Below, piece by piece: positions 1-9,368 of a DNA stretch of 64,000 bases. Source of the stretch: an uncultured Fusibacter sp. (GTDB taxonomy: Bacteria; Bacillota; Clostridia; Peptostreptococcales; Acidaminobacteraceae); NCBI GenBank assembly GCA_965140735.1, contig OZ223306.1, positions 1,997,621 to 2,061,620 on the forward strand, in the 5' to 3' direction. Numbering within the stretch: position 1 is the first letter of the stretch; every line of letters begins with the position of its first letter. The notes under the pieces are model-generated. The model saw only the letters and a program-made list of their open reading frames with translations, did no database searches and had not been told where the DNA came from. The translations under genes and the position numbers were made by a program.

Positions 1-1296
1 ACCTGCATAACTTAAAAGATTGAGAACGCTGGCAACAGGAATCAATGTATATGCAGTAAGTCCTGTGATAGCGCCATATAAACCACCGATAAAACCGCCT
101 GCAATTAGGCCTAAAAATGGTCTTTTATACCGCATACCAACACCGTATAAACCAGGTTCTGTTACACCACCAATTAAAGCCGCAACGATATAACCGATAC
201 TAAGACTCTTTTCCTCTTTATTTTTAAGAAGAAGAGCAGCGCCCAGACACATTCCCGGAACCGCAAAACTAGCCGCACATGCTGCTGGACTCACAAATGA
301 CTCATAGCCATTCGTAGAGAAAACAAGAATTAAAGTTGAAATCATAACCAAATGCATACCACTCATAACAAGGAATTCCCAAAGCGCACCAATCAATGCA
401 ATGGCAATGACACCACCTACACCCGAAAAGCCTAGAAGACCATTACAGATATAAACCCCTAAGAATGAACCCGCTGGTCCTAAAACACCTAATGCGATGG
501 GCAACATCACGAGAATCGTTAAAAACGGCGCAAAAATAGTTCTTAGTGATGTAGGTAAATATTTTTTAAAGAATTTTTCAACATATGACATGACCCATAC
601 AGATAATATAATAGGCACGATCGTACTCGCATAATTTTGAACACTTACCGGAAGACCAAATACAGTAAAAGGGGTTCCAGATGCACTCATTTCAACAAAA
701 GTTGGATGGATCATAATCGCCCCTAAAAACATACCTGTCACTGGGGTTACCTTGAACTTTTTAGAAGCGGTATACCCCACTATAATTGGGAAAAAGTAAA
801 AACCTGCATCCCCCACAAAGGTGAAAAGTTTAAAAGTGTCTCCAGTGGCTGAAATTACGTTCAGCATACTTGGTCCTAAAAGCGCTGCTAGGAGTTTGAA
901 CATTGACGACGCCATCAGGAGCGGTATTAAAGGTGTTAAACACCCTGCCAGTCCATCTAAAATTGCAGGCCCAATTGTTTTAAGGGTTAGTTTCTTTTTT
1001 GTCTGCTCTAGATCTGTGTTGATTTCTTTCATCGTTTCAAAGCTTCCTAATTTACAAATTTCTTGATAAACTTGCTCTACAGTTTGACCAATGATAATTT
1101 GAAGTTGTCCACCAGCATTGATAAGCCCAACAACACCATCAATTTTTTGGATTTCTTCCTTATTCGGTATACTCTCATCCTTCAAATTAAAACGTAATCT
1201 CGTCATACAGTGTGTAACGCTAATCACGTTCACCTCTCCGCCAACAGCTTCTAAAATTGCTTGAGCCATTTTTTGATTTTTTTCTTGAATCCCCAT
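1..1296 (-). CDS. PTS beta-glucoside/sucrose-family EIIBC component (5' part of gene; continues beyond window start)
   Basis: Minus-strand translation from the ATG at ~1296 gives MGIQEKNQKMAQAILEAVGGEVNVISVTHCMTRLRF... The CMTRLR motif is the EIIB phospho-Cys loop, followed by a hydrophobic EIIC domain. There is an AAGGAGG RBS 7 nt upstream, and a RAT/terminator and BglG-like antiterminator lie upstream. The ORF is open to the window edge. Confidence 0.8.
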   Translation of the reverse strand, partial: MGIQEKNQKMAQAILEAVGGEVNVISVTHCMTRLRFNLKDESIPNKEEIQKIDGVVGLINAGGQLQIIIGQTVEQVYQEICKLGSFETMKEINTDLEQTKKKLTLKTIGPAILDGLAGCLTPLIPLLMASSMFKLLAALLGPSMLNVISATGDTFKLFTFVGDAGFYFFPIIVGYTASKKFKVTPVTGMFLGAIMIHPTFVEMSASGTPFTVFGLPVSVQNYASTIVPIILSVWVMSYVEKFFKKYLPTSLRTIFAPFLTILVMLPIALGVLGPAGSFLGVYICNGLLGFSGVGGVIAIALIGALWEFLVMSGMHLVMISTLILVFSTNGYESFVSPAACAASFAVPGMCLGAALLLKNKEEKSLSIGYIVAALIGGVTEPGLYGVGMRYKRPFLGLIAGGFIGGLYGAITGLTAYTLIPVASVLNLLSYAG

Positions 1297-1348
1297 TTTA
1301 TTGCCTCCTTAAATTTTTAATAGATAGATCGTTGAAAAAAGTAATATA

Positions 1349-1395
1349 TAAAAAAACCCAAATAAGCAGATCCCTTTAAGATCCACTGATTTGGG
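1349..1395 (-). terminator. Conditional rho-independent terminator overlapped by a RAT element (antitermination-controlled)
   Basis: Minus-sense hairpin CCCAAATCAGTGGATCTTAAAGGGATCTGCTTATTTGGG followed by a T7 run. Its 5' arm overlaps the RAT sequence. Confidence 0.7.
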
Positions 1396-1423
1396 TCATG
1401 CCTCCATTACGAGTAACAAATCC
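1393..1423 (-). promoter_or_regulatory. RAT (ribonucleic antiterminator) RNA target of the BglG/LicT-family protein
   Basis: Minus-sense GGATTTGTTACTCGTAATGGAGGCATGACCC matches the canonical RAT consensus (GGATTGTTACTG..AGGCA..ACC) and partially overlaps the terminator stem. Confidence 0.7.
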
Positions 1424-1428
1424 AGAAA

Positions 1429-2259
1429 CTATGATTTTATATTTTGGACAATGCGATGTATGTGAAGTAGCAAATAAAACATTTCATCTTCGGTGCTTTC
1501 AGTTGTCATCTGCTGAGCAATATACTGCCCAACCTCTGTCGCACATTTGTATATTTCAGGCTCTGTTTCCTGCATAAATTTTATAAAAGCGACATTGTCT
1601 CCACTGATGGGCTTTTTTTCTTCTAACCGTTTAAGATAGTATCGCATATGCATTGCAAACCGGTTATAATTGAACTCTTTCTTATTAACCTTTATTGTAA
1701 AAAATTGTTCTATCAAAACAGTTACATCTTCTATTAGCTTTTCAAAATCCTGTTCCTCTTGTAAAGGTTCAGAACTTTCTCTAGCGTTTATCAAGTGCAT
1801 TGCTATGCTGGTAATTTCACTTTCAGGTAATTTTATATATAATCGTTTTTGTATGAGGTTTAAGGCATATTTACCGATTGCCGTCTCAACGGGATATAAA
1901 CTTTCAATATCATATGAAAAAGGCATCTTGAGCTTCTTGTATTTTTTCATACGCTCAATTGCAAAATTAATATGATCTGATAGACTCACAACAAGGTTTG
2001 GATTAAGCAAGCAATCGAGTTCTTGCTTGGCTTTTTGCACGATTATCGCTGTCACTTCAAAAACATCTTCTGGAATCTCACAAAGCAGTTCATAGAACTT
2101 ATGATCCACTCTGTAAAAAGTCATGCCAATTGAGCTTAAATCTCTTATCTCATAAGGCATAGCTGGAAATCCGATGCCTTTACCAAAAGCGATCAATTCC
2201 TTCTTATTATCGTCTATACACAAAGCGACATTATTATTAATTTTTTTTATAGCTCTCAT
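1429..2259 (-). CDS. BglG/LicT/SacY-family transcription antiterminator (CAT RNA-binding domain plus two PRDs)
   Basis: N-terminus MRAIKKINNNVALCIDDNKKELIAFGKGIGF is a typical CAT domain, followed by PRD-like regions with conserved His. Start placed at the internal Met (MRAIKK) of the 305-aa ORF. Sits between two RAT elements and upstream of the PTS EIIBC. Confidence 0.85.
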   Translation of the reverse strand: MRAIKKINNNVALCIDDNKKELIAFGKGIGFPAMPYEIRDLSSIGMTFYRVDHKFYELLCEIPEDVFEVTAIIVQKAKQELDCLLNPNLVVSLSDHINFAIERMKKYKKLKMPFSYDIESLYPVETAIGKYALNLIQKRLYIKLPESEITSIAMHLINARESSEPLQEEQDFEKLIEDVTVLIEQFFTIKVNKKEFNYNRFAMHMRYYLKRLEEKKPISGDNVAFIKFMQETEPEIYKCATEVGQYIAQQMTTESTEDEMFYLLLHIHRIVQNIKS

Positions 2260-2299
2260 AACATAATTCTCCCGCACATACACCTCAAAAAAACAAAAA

Positions 2300-2348
2300 C
2301 TCCCAGAGCACACCAAAAAAACCGGTGATGCCTCTAAGAGTAACAAAC
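2300..2348 (-). promoter_or_regulatory. Second RAT element with imperfect terminator upstream of the antiterminator gene (autoregulatory leader)
   Basis: Minus-sense GGTTTGTTACTCTTAGAGGCATCACCGG followed by GGTGTGCTCTGGGAGTTTTTGTTTTTTT. RAT-like core plus a weak hairpin and T-runs. Confidence 0.5.
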
Positions 2349-2427
2349 CTTATATGGGTCATTATATAGCAGATTATCAGATTATGTCAAGGCTTAAAAA
2401 ATGCATTTAAAAATTTTGGGCCTTATA

Positions 2428-2462
2428 TGCCACAAATTTGCTACAAATTTGCCATAAATTAT
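2428..2462 (+). promoter_or_regulatory. Tandem palindromic CAAATTTG motifs (candidate transcription-factor sites) in the bglG-like/GGDEF intergenic region
   Basis: tGCCACAAATTTGCTACAAATTTGCCATAAATT holds two perfect CAAATTTG palindromes and a degenerate third. A further TTGCCACAAAATC lies at 2637..2650. Confidence 0.3.
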
Positions 2463-2759
2463 CTATTGTTATTCGCTATATATATGTATATAATGGTATT
2501 AATAAACATTTCCATTTTTTAGAGTTCAAACGCTCTAAAATAAAAAGATTGAATGGACCTTTTCGAAGGTTCTTCTTTCTTTTTTGGGGACAAATACTCT
2601 ATAATTTTTTGAATCAATAGATTTTTAATTTTGCCTTTTGCCACAAAATCTATTAAAATAAGATGTACCGCAGGACGCCATAACATGCGTGAAAAACGCT
2701 AATTAGGGTACATAGGTATATAAAACATCACTATATTCTTGGATTACTAGGAGCCTCTT

Positions 2760-4109
2760 ATGAACTCTCTAATCAAGCGATTTAATCTTATTTTTTTTAT
2801 GATGACCTTCTTTTTAAGTCTATCCATGTTTTTTGTCATATATATACCTATGAAGTCTGAACTCGAAAAAAACCTGCTTGGTAATTTCAGTCAGATCTCA
2901 TATTCTAAATATAATCTTGTCCAAAATGATATTCAAAATTGTGTTGAAGGCGCTATGAGTCTTTCAAGTCGAACTATGATTAATACTACTCTTGACAATT
3001 TTAGAAATAACGAAATAAGCTTATCTGAGTTACAAGCTTATACGCAACCTAAATATGAACAAGGTGCTAAAGTGCTCAAAAACATCATTCAAGCTGAACG
3101 CATCTCCAATGGACACTCTATTGCAACTTATAAAGCACCTAATATAACGACTGCAAATCTATCCTGGTATATCCCCTCAAACTTATCTGATAAAGTCATC
3201 ACACGTCTCAATATAGATAAGGAAACCACTATTGCTATGGTTATAGCTCCAATACTAAAGCAAGATATGGTTCTTGGTTACGATTATGTGGCCTATGATA
3301 TAAGCTCGAAAATTAAAGCACTTAGCACACCTGAGCTTAAAATTTCACTCTTAGATTTCGATGGCTATGATCACTATGTTAACGACTCCATAGTAATCAA
3401 CCCTGAAAATCCTCTAACATTACAACATGATGATAGGGTCATCTATTTAGATAATCTAATCCCCAACACATACTTTATCGCCACTGAAAAGCGTTCTGCC
3501 TTGTTCAAGACTATAAAGAACCTAAGCATTAGAATTCTCACAATCTGGGTGATAATCCTCCTTAGTTTTACCAGTTTGATCTATTTATACATTATTCGAT
3601 ACGCAAAAAATGAATTAAATCGCTTAAAATTTAGCCGAGATCAATTTCAAACCATGGCTTATAGAGATGATTTAACAGGTGCCTACTCTAGAACTTTTTT
3701 AGATATATGGCATAAAAAGCTTAGAGATAGTGCTTTGCAGTATTCAATTGTGCTTATCGATATCGACAATTTTAAAAATATCAATGATCTCTACGGTCAT
3801 GTCACTGGTGATTCTGTACTCAAAAAAGTGGTCCAAGTGATTAATGATACAATTCGCCAGACAGATTTATTAGTGCGATATGGTGGTGATGAATTCATCA
3901 TTCTTTATCCTAATGACACTCCCAATGAAACCAATAGCCTTATGAAGCGCATCTGTGCTAAATTGGATGCTCTAGACGAATATGACTTCGTTGTTCATAT
4001 TTCATATGGCATAAGTACTCTAAAAAATCGTGATATATTCGAAGAAAGTCTTGAATTAGCGGATCAAGAAATGTATCAAGCCAAACAAGCTTATAAAAAG
4101 AAGCATTGA
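2760..4109 (+). CDS. Membrane-anchored diguanylate cyclase (N-terminal TM plus extracytoplasmic sensor region, C-terminal GGDEF domain)
   Basis: C-terminal RDDLTGAYSRTFLD...IDNFKNINDLYGH...RYGGDEFIIL is a GGDEF domain with an intact GGDEF motif. There is an N-terminal hydrophobic segment, and an AGGAG RBS upstream. Confidence 0.85.
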   Translation: MNSLIKRFNLIFFMMTFFLSLSMFFVIYIPMKSELEKNLLGNFSQISYSKYNLVQNDIQNCVEGAMSLSSRTMINTTLDNFRNNEISLSELQAYTQPKYEQGAKVLKNIIQAERISNGHSIATYKAPNITTANLSWYIPSNLSDKVITRLNIDKETTIAMVIAPILKQDMVLGYDYVAYDISSKIKALSTPELKISLLDFDGYDHYVNDSIVINPENPLTLQHDDRVIYLDNLIPNTYFIATEKRSALFKTIKNLSIRILTIWVIILLSFTSLIYLYIIRYAKNELNRLKFSRDQFQTMAYRDDLTGAYSRTFLDIWHKKLRDSALQYSIVLIDIDNFKNINDLYGHVTGDSVLKKVVQVINDTIRQTDLLVRYGGDEFIILYPNDTPNETNSLMKRICAKLDALDEYDFVVHISYGISTLKNRDIFEESLELADQEMYQAKQAYKKKH

Positions 4110-4155
4110 GAGAATTCAATATTTTCGTTAATTTAGTTTAATTCTTGCTCTATAT

Positions 4156-4198
4156 AAAAAGAGAAAATCACCTCAAAATGAGATGATTTTCTCTTTTT
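4156..4198. terminator. Bidirectional rho-independent terminator between convergent genes
   Basis: AAAAAGAGAAAATCA...TGATTTTCTCTTTTT inverted repeat with A/T runs on both sides. Confidence 0.7.
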
Positions 4199-4220
4199 AT
4201 CACGCACTTATTGTTCACCA

Positions 4221-4850
4221 TTATTCTAAATCAAGTGGTATATTCTTACCATATCGGAATGGTATTGCAACCGTTCGATTAAAAAAGGCAATAATTGGAC
4301 CCATAAAAAATGCGGTTACCAATGTACCAATCCCAACTGTAGCACCTAGCAAAAATCCCGTAAGAGTGCAGACTAGATCTGTACCAATTCGACAGTACTG
4401 AAATTTAGCAACTTTCTTTTCAGTCATAATCAGTGCAACTGCATCATATGTTGAAACACCAAGATCTCCTGTAAAATAAAGTGCTGAGCCAAAACAAATA
4501 ACCAAAATACCTATAATTAATGCAACACTTCTGATAATCAGTGATGGTGCCGGTATCAAGACATTAAACAGCCATGATGAAAATTGAACTACATAGCCAA
4601 GTAAAAAAATATTAATGACTGTACCCAATCCAATTTTTGTTTTATCCATAAAAAATATGCCTATGAGCATTAATAAATTCACAATCATATAAAAAGTACC
4701 AAATCCAATAGTTGTATGATGCCAAATACCATGAGCAAACACTTGAAATGGGTCCATCCCAAATAAAGCAAAATTGAAAATACCAACACTAAAGCCTGTA
4801 ATCAAGACTCCTGCTATGGTCATAAAAACCCTTTTTTGTTTTTCATTCAT
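4221..4850 (-). CDS. YczE/YitT-like (DUF6198-type) small polytopic membrane protein
   Basis: MNEKQKRVFMTIAGVLITGFSVGIFNFALFGMDPFQVF... is a multi-TM protein resembling YczE-family proteins. Start placed at the internal Met, which has a GAGGAG RBS. Confidence 0.5.
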   Translation of the reverse strand: MNEKQKRVFMTIAGVLITGFSVGIFNFALFGMDPFQVFAHGIWHHTTIGFGTFYMIVNLLMLIGIFFMDKTKIGLGTVINIFLLGYVVQFSSWLFNVLIPAPSLIIRSVALIIGILVICFGSALYFTGDLGVSTYDAVALIMTEKKVAKFQYCRIGTDLVCTLTGFLLGATVGIGTLVTAFFMGPIIAFFNRTVAIPFRYGKNIPLDLE

Positions 4851-4985
4851 ATCAAAATCTCCTCTGGATATCTCATTACTATCATTATAGAGCATCTGTA
4901 TGAATTTGTAACTTACTTTTTTCTTCTATCGTTGAAATCTAACCACAACATTTTATAAGTCAAATGATATAAGTGCTTCTATTAT

Positions 4986-5013
4986 TTGACAAATTGAAAA
5001 TTCATGGTAAAAT
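4986..5013 (+). promoter_or_regulatory. Near-consensus sigma-A promoter (TTGACA - 16 nt - TAAAAT) driving a small ORF
   Basis: TTGACA at 4986..4991 and TAAAAT at 5008..5013 with a 16-nt spacer. An AAAAAGGAGG RBS follows. Confidence 0.5.
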
Positions 5014-5038
5014 AACAAGTAAAAAGGAGGCCAATCTC

Positions 5039-5146
5039 ATGATAAAGATACCGGCAAAACTAACTGTATTTATACATACTGACCTAGAGAAAAAAGAACA
5101 AATCAAGGTTCATCAAATTTATGACACCAAATGCTATAAACACTAA
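5039..5146 (+). CDS. Candidate small protein (35 aa, MIKIPAKLTVFIHTDLEKKEQIKVHQIYDTKCYKH)
   Basis: Not in the ORF track (below 60 aa). It has a near-consensus promoter plus a strong AAGGAGG RBS 8 nt upstream of the ATG. No downstream plus-strand gene, and a terminator lies ~130 nt downstream. Confidence 0.4.
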   Translation: MIKIPAKLTVFIHTDLEKKEQIKVHQIYDTKCYKH

Positions 5147-5273
5147 AATAATAGCATACCTTTTTCTCCATAAAAGGTGTGCTATCATTCTAATTGTTCC
5201 TTCAGATCGCGATCTCGCCACTGCCAGGTCAACCCGCCCATCAAGTGTTCTCGCAATCTCAGGCCCTTCATCT

Positions 5274-5306
5274 AAAAAAACGCCTCAGCATTAATGCCAA
5301 GACGTT
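5274..5306. terminator. Rho-independent terminator downstream of the CoADR-rhodanese gene (also serves the small plus-strand ORF)
   Basis: Minus-sense AACGTCTTGGCATTAATGCTGAGGCGTT (stem with G-U wobbles) followed by T7. In plus sense it is preceded by A7. Confidence 0.55.
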
Positions 5307-5318
5307 TTATCAATTTTA

Positions 5319-7349
5319 CTATTTTGCTGTACTTCTATATCGTGCCATCATTTTAGCCAGTCCACCACCATTTTCAGAATTGGTGAAACCCATAGACTTT
5401 AGAATTTGTAATGCATAAGCACTTCTCGCACCAGATGCACAGTAAAGAACAATCTTTCTATCTTTGTCGGTAAGTTCACTTGCTCTATATTCAAGTTCAT
5501 CTAAAGGAATGTTGATCGCACCCGGATAAGCACCATAAGCATACTCATCTTCAGAGCGCACATCGATAATCAACGGTCCAGTTTGAACTTCTGCTTCCAC
5601 TGCTTTTGCTTCTTCTTTTGAATCTTTAGCTTTTTCTGCGCTATTTGTATCACCAAGTGTTTTCAGCTCTGGTTCTGGTAAATTTAGAACAAAGTTGAGT
5701 GGTTTTACGGCTCTAGCATAGTTCGAGAGACTTATAAATCCGCCACTTACATTGAGTACATTTGTAAAGCCAGCCCCTACCAAAGTACGTAACGCTTGGT
5801 GTCCTTTTTTACCCGTTTGATCATAGACAAAGGTCAATTGATCCTTTTGTAATTTATCAAGTGTTGATGGAAGCATTTCGAGTGGTATATTAACAGCGCC
5901 TTCAACATGTGATTTTTCAAATGAAAAGACATCTCTTACATCTATCCAAAGCGCAGCTTTTTCTTCTAAATAGTCATCTAATTCATTAATTGTAAGTGTA
6001 GGCGAAAAACCTGAAATTCTGTTTTCAGCCACATAAGCTGCCATATTGATTGCATCATTTGCATTGCCAAGTGGTGGTGAATATGCAAAATCCATATCCG
6101 CTAAATCAGAAACAGTGAGTTTAGAAGCCACCGCTGTTGCCAAGACATCAAGTCTTCTATCCGCACCTGCATAACCTGCAGTTTGACCACCAAGTACAAC
6201 ACCTGTTTCCTTGTCATAAACCACGAGAACCGTTACAAGTTCTGCCCCTGGATAGTAAGACGTATGATTTTCTTTATGAACTACAATTGCATCTGCATTA
6301 ATGCCTTCAGCTCTTGCTGCTTTTAACGAAATACCCGTAATACCTGCAACTGCTTCGAAAACTCTAACGATGGATGTACCAATTGATCCTTTATATTCGT
6401 GTTTTTTTCCAAGTGCATTTTCTGCAGCGATTCTACCTTGACGGTTCGCTGGTCCAGCAAGTGGAATACGCACTTTCTTGCCGAGTACACGGTGCTCTAA
6501 TTCAATCATATCGCCAGCTGCATAGATGTTATCATCACTTGTTTTTAATGTTGAATCCACTAATATCCCGCCTGCAGGTCCCATTTCAAGACCCGTTTCT
6601 TGTGCAAGTTTTAAAGTAGGGCGTACACCGATTGATAATAAAACCATATCTGCATCTATCTTTGTACCGTCGTTAAGAAGGACGGTGTTCGCATGAATCT
6701 CAGAAAGTGCTTTATTAGTGTGTAAATCAATACCATATGAAATTAACTCTTCTTGGATAAAACCTGATATTTCAGCTTCCATAATCCCCATAACATGTGG
6801 CATCATTTCTACTACAGATACCTTCATGCCTCTTTTAGCAAGGGCTTCTGTCATTTCGAGACCTATAAATCCACCCCCCACAACTACTGCTGTTTTAGGC
6901 TGTTTATCTGTTATAAATGAATTGATTTTATCCATATCATCTAGAGTCCAAAGTTGAAAAACATGATCTTGATCCGCACCTGGAAGTGGTGGTGCTATCG
7001 GCTTACCACCTTGAGCTAAAATAAGCTTTGTATACTCAAACTGATTTTTTTTACCAGTACGTGAATCTGATGTATGCACGACTTTATTGACTCTATCAAT
7101 TTCTGTTGCTGTAGTATGGATATGAACTGTCGTTTGATACTGATCATTAAAACTCTCTGGGCTTTGTAAAATCAATTTTGAACGACTTTTGATGTCTCCG
7201 CCAATATAGTATGGCAATCCACAGTTTGCAAATGATATATCAGCACCCGCTTCTAGGATTGTAATTTCTGCATCTGCTGATATTCTTCGTACTTTTGCTG
7301 CAGCTGTCGCTCCTGCTGCTACACCACCAATAATAATTACTTTTTCCAT
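5319..7349 (-). CDS. CoA-disulfide reductase/NADH oxidase-family flavoprotein fused to two C-terminal rhodanese domains
   Basis: MEKVIIIGGVAAGATAAAKVRR...FANCGLPYY has an FAD/NAD(P) Rossmann fold and the redox-active Cys typical of CoADR/Nox. The C-terminus has two rhodanese-like domains including CASGARS. Start placed at the internal Met (MEKVII), which has a GAGGTGG RBS. Confidence 0.8.
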   Translation of the reverse strand: MEKVIIIGGVAAGATAAAKVRRISADAEITILEAGADISFANCGLPYYIGGDIKSRSKLILQSPESFNDQYQTTVHIHTTATEIDRVNKVVHTSDSRTGKKNQFEYTKLILAQGGKPIAPPLPGADQDHVFQLWTLDDMDKINSFITDKQPKTAVVVGGGFIGLEMTEALAKRGMKVSVVEMMPHVMGIMEAEISGFIQEELISYGIDLHTNKALSEIHANTVLLNDGTKIDADMVLLSIGVRPTLKLAQETGLEMGPAGGILVDSTLKTSDDNIYAAGDMIELEHRVLGKKVRIPLAGPANRQGRIAAENALGKKHEYKGSIGTSIVRVFEAVAGITGISLKAARAEGINADAIVVHKENHTSYYPGAELVTVLVVYDKETGVVLGGQTAGYAGADRRLDVLATAVASKLTVSDLADMDFAYSPPLGNANDAINMAAYVAENRISGFSPTLTINELDDYLEEKAALWIDVRDVFSFEKSHVEGAVNIPLEMLPSTLDKLQKDQLTFVYDQTGKKGHQALRTLVGAGFTNVLNVSGGFISLSNYARAVKPLNFVLNLPEPELKTLGDTNSAEKAKDSKEEAKAVEAEVQTGPLIIDVRSEDEYAYGAYPGAINIPLDELEYRASELTDKDRKIVLYCASGARSAYALQILKSMGFTNSENGGGLAKMMARYRSTAK

Positions 7350-7781
7350 ATAATCCACCTCATCTAATTTATTTTTAGGGAACATTGAAAACGGTTCGCT
7401 TTAAAGTTCCTTTTATTCTTTTAGTTTGTTTCTATTCTTTTATTTTTATTTTACCCCCTACCCAGGGGGTGTATTTACATTTTAATGGTTATTTGCTCTG
7501 TTGTCAATCATAATAAAAAAAGTTTACAATTGTGTATGATTCACATATGGTATACCGCATATGTTTTATACAGATCGCTGAACTGTTTTAAAATACAAAC
7601 AAAAAAAGGCACCCTCTCTTAAAAAGGACACCTTTACTCAGCTCTCTTACGTTTGCAGTTCTTGCTAACCGCAAGATTGATACAGGACGTTCTATTGCCA
7701 TCCAAGATGGTATATAATAAAAAGCACCCAATTTATAGGATGCTCATATTTTATCTTTTTGGGGACAACAAACAAGCGTTT

Positions 7782-9368
7782 TTACTTGTAAAAATCAATA
7801 TACTCTAAGTCGAGATCTCCATCAGCGCCGAGTTTAATCATAACATCAGCACTTTTAGGCACTTTAATATCAAATGAAATCTCTGTAAAATAAGGATGAC
7901 CATCCGTCGTATTTGGGAAAACTAACGTGTCTACCTTTTTCCCATTAATATACAGCATTACTGCGTCAATATCCTTCTTATTTGCATACCTAAAAGTTAA
8001 AGAAGAGGCTGCTGGCGTGTTCTTAAAAGTAATTGAATTTCCCTTCCAACAGAAATGTGTTAGAATACCATCAATCTGATTTACTCTGGCTATACCTGCC
8101 TTAATAACCGTGTTTTTATCTTTTGGCGTAAGTCTAACATAAGGCTTTTCGGAATCTGGAAATTCACCAGACTCTAAATAATCAGTCGTTGTATCAATCG
8201 TAACTGTATTTGTTAAATCATCCCAACCCATTGCAAAATCAAGCAACTTTGCGATATCTCTCAATTTGAAATAAGTTTTACCTTCTATATCATAAATTTG
8301 ATAATCCGTGTATAAGCCGTTTGTCTTTGGAAAGCTAACACGTTGATGTACTTCTGAAAAGGTAGCCACTTTTGAGGTACCATCACCAAGGGTTAACTCG
8401 TCCCCCACTGCCTTATAATTATCTGCAAAACGTATCGTTGTATAATGATCTCTATAGTCCACAGCAAATTTCTTATCAGTGTTTTCAAGTGCTTTTCCAA
8501 GGTCGGTAAGTAAAATGTAATTGCTTCCATCAATATTATAGGCGTTAAAAGTAACCTCGTTACCATCCACAAGTATTTTAGATGAGATCGGCGTTGCATT
8601 GAGTTCAGGTTCAAATGGCTTTTCCATCCATGCCTGAGCTTCTGCTGCGGTCACAACGTAAAATGCAATATTTTCGCCTAGCCCATGATACACATTATCT
8701 ATTGTGTATACTCTTACAGAACCATCCGGATTAAACGCCTTTTTAAATGTAAATGTCTGTGGCGCATCTCCCTGCCACATTTGGAAGAAAAGCGCTTTAT
8801 TCGTAGCACCTGTTATCAGCATTGGAGCCGGACCTACAAATGCATGTTCCCAATTCAATAAGCATTGTAAATACTCGGCTGTTCCCAATCCTATCGTCAG
8901 TGTAGAACCTTCAAGAACTGGAATAAGCCTCACTGAGTGTTTTCTAAGTTGCTCAGTCTCTGCCATCGAAATGACTGTTTTATCTACTTCACCTAACTTT
9001 GCAACTTGTGATTCAGAATCATATTTTCTTGTTAATTGAACCGAGTATCCTGTTATAGGTGCGTTAGGGTTTTCACCATATGTCGTCGGGTAATAATCAG
9101 GTCGAACTATGGAGACTCTCCGCCCAAATGTATAAGCATCAGGGATTCTTGTAAAATGCATTGTACCATCTGAAGCAATCTCGCCAACAGCTCCCGAAAG
9201 TCTGAGTTCTAACGTTCCTTTATAGTACTCGCCATCTCCTGTGACTTCCCACTCATAAGGTGTTGAATAGTCTGAGTTTGCAAAACTAATATTTTCAAAC
9301 TCAGTACCAATACAAGTAGCGATTACCAGCAAGAATGTACACATCATCATTAATCTACTTAATTTCAT
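7782..9368 (-). CDS. Secreted hypothetical protein with signal peptide and C-terminal copper-amine-oxidase-N-like/carbohydrate-binding-like region
   Basis: N-terminal MKLSRLMMMCTFLLVIATCIG signal-like sequence and a GAGGAGAG RBS. C-terminal segment ISSKILVDGNEVTF..ILLTDLGKAL resembles the 'stalk' domain common in clostridial secreted proteins. Confidence 0.5.
   Translation of the reverse strand: MKLSRLMMMCTFLLVIATCIGTEFENISFANSDYSTPYEWEVTGDGEYYKGTLELRLSGAVGEIASDGTMHFTRIPDAYTFGRRVSIVRPDYYPTTYGENPNAPITGYSVQLTRKYDSESQVAKLGEVDKTVISMAETEQLRKHSVRLIPVLEGSTLTIGLGTAEYLQCLLNWEHAFVGPAPMLITGATNKALFFQMWQGDAPQTFTFKKAFNPDGSVRVYTIDNVYHGLGENIAFYVVTAAEAQAWMEKPFEPELNATPISSKILVDGNEVTFNAYNIDGSNYILLTDLGKALENTDKKFAVDYRDHYTTIRFADNYKAVGDELTLGDGTSKVATFSEVHQRVSFPKTNGLYTDYQIYDIEGKTYFKLRDIAKLLDFAMGWDDLTNTVTIDTTTDYLESGEFPDSEKPYVRLTPKDKNTVIKAGIARVNQIDGILTHFCWKGNSITFKNTPAASSLTFRYANKKDIDAVMLYINGKKVDTLVFPNTTDGHPYFTEISFDIKVPKSADVMIKLGADGDLDLEYIDFYK

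Noticed and set aside
1670-1975. Track ORFs antisense to or embedded in well-supported genes, as independent genes: 1670..1975, 6374..6619, 6718..6957, 8393..8614, 8704..9039, 25076..25558, 31812..32596, 45889..46973, 56086..56274, 59572..60135, 62493..62857 and similar
   Set aside because: They overlap strongly supported genes on the opposite strand or in another frame, lack RBS and have low-complexity translations. Treated as spurious.
7466-7481. CCCCCTACCCAGGGGG hairpin as a terminator for the secreted-protein gene
   Set aside because: Perfect 6-bp stem, but the flanking runs are in the wrong orientation for a minus-strand terminator and only weakly T-rich for plus. Left uncalled.
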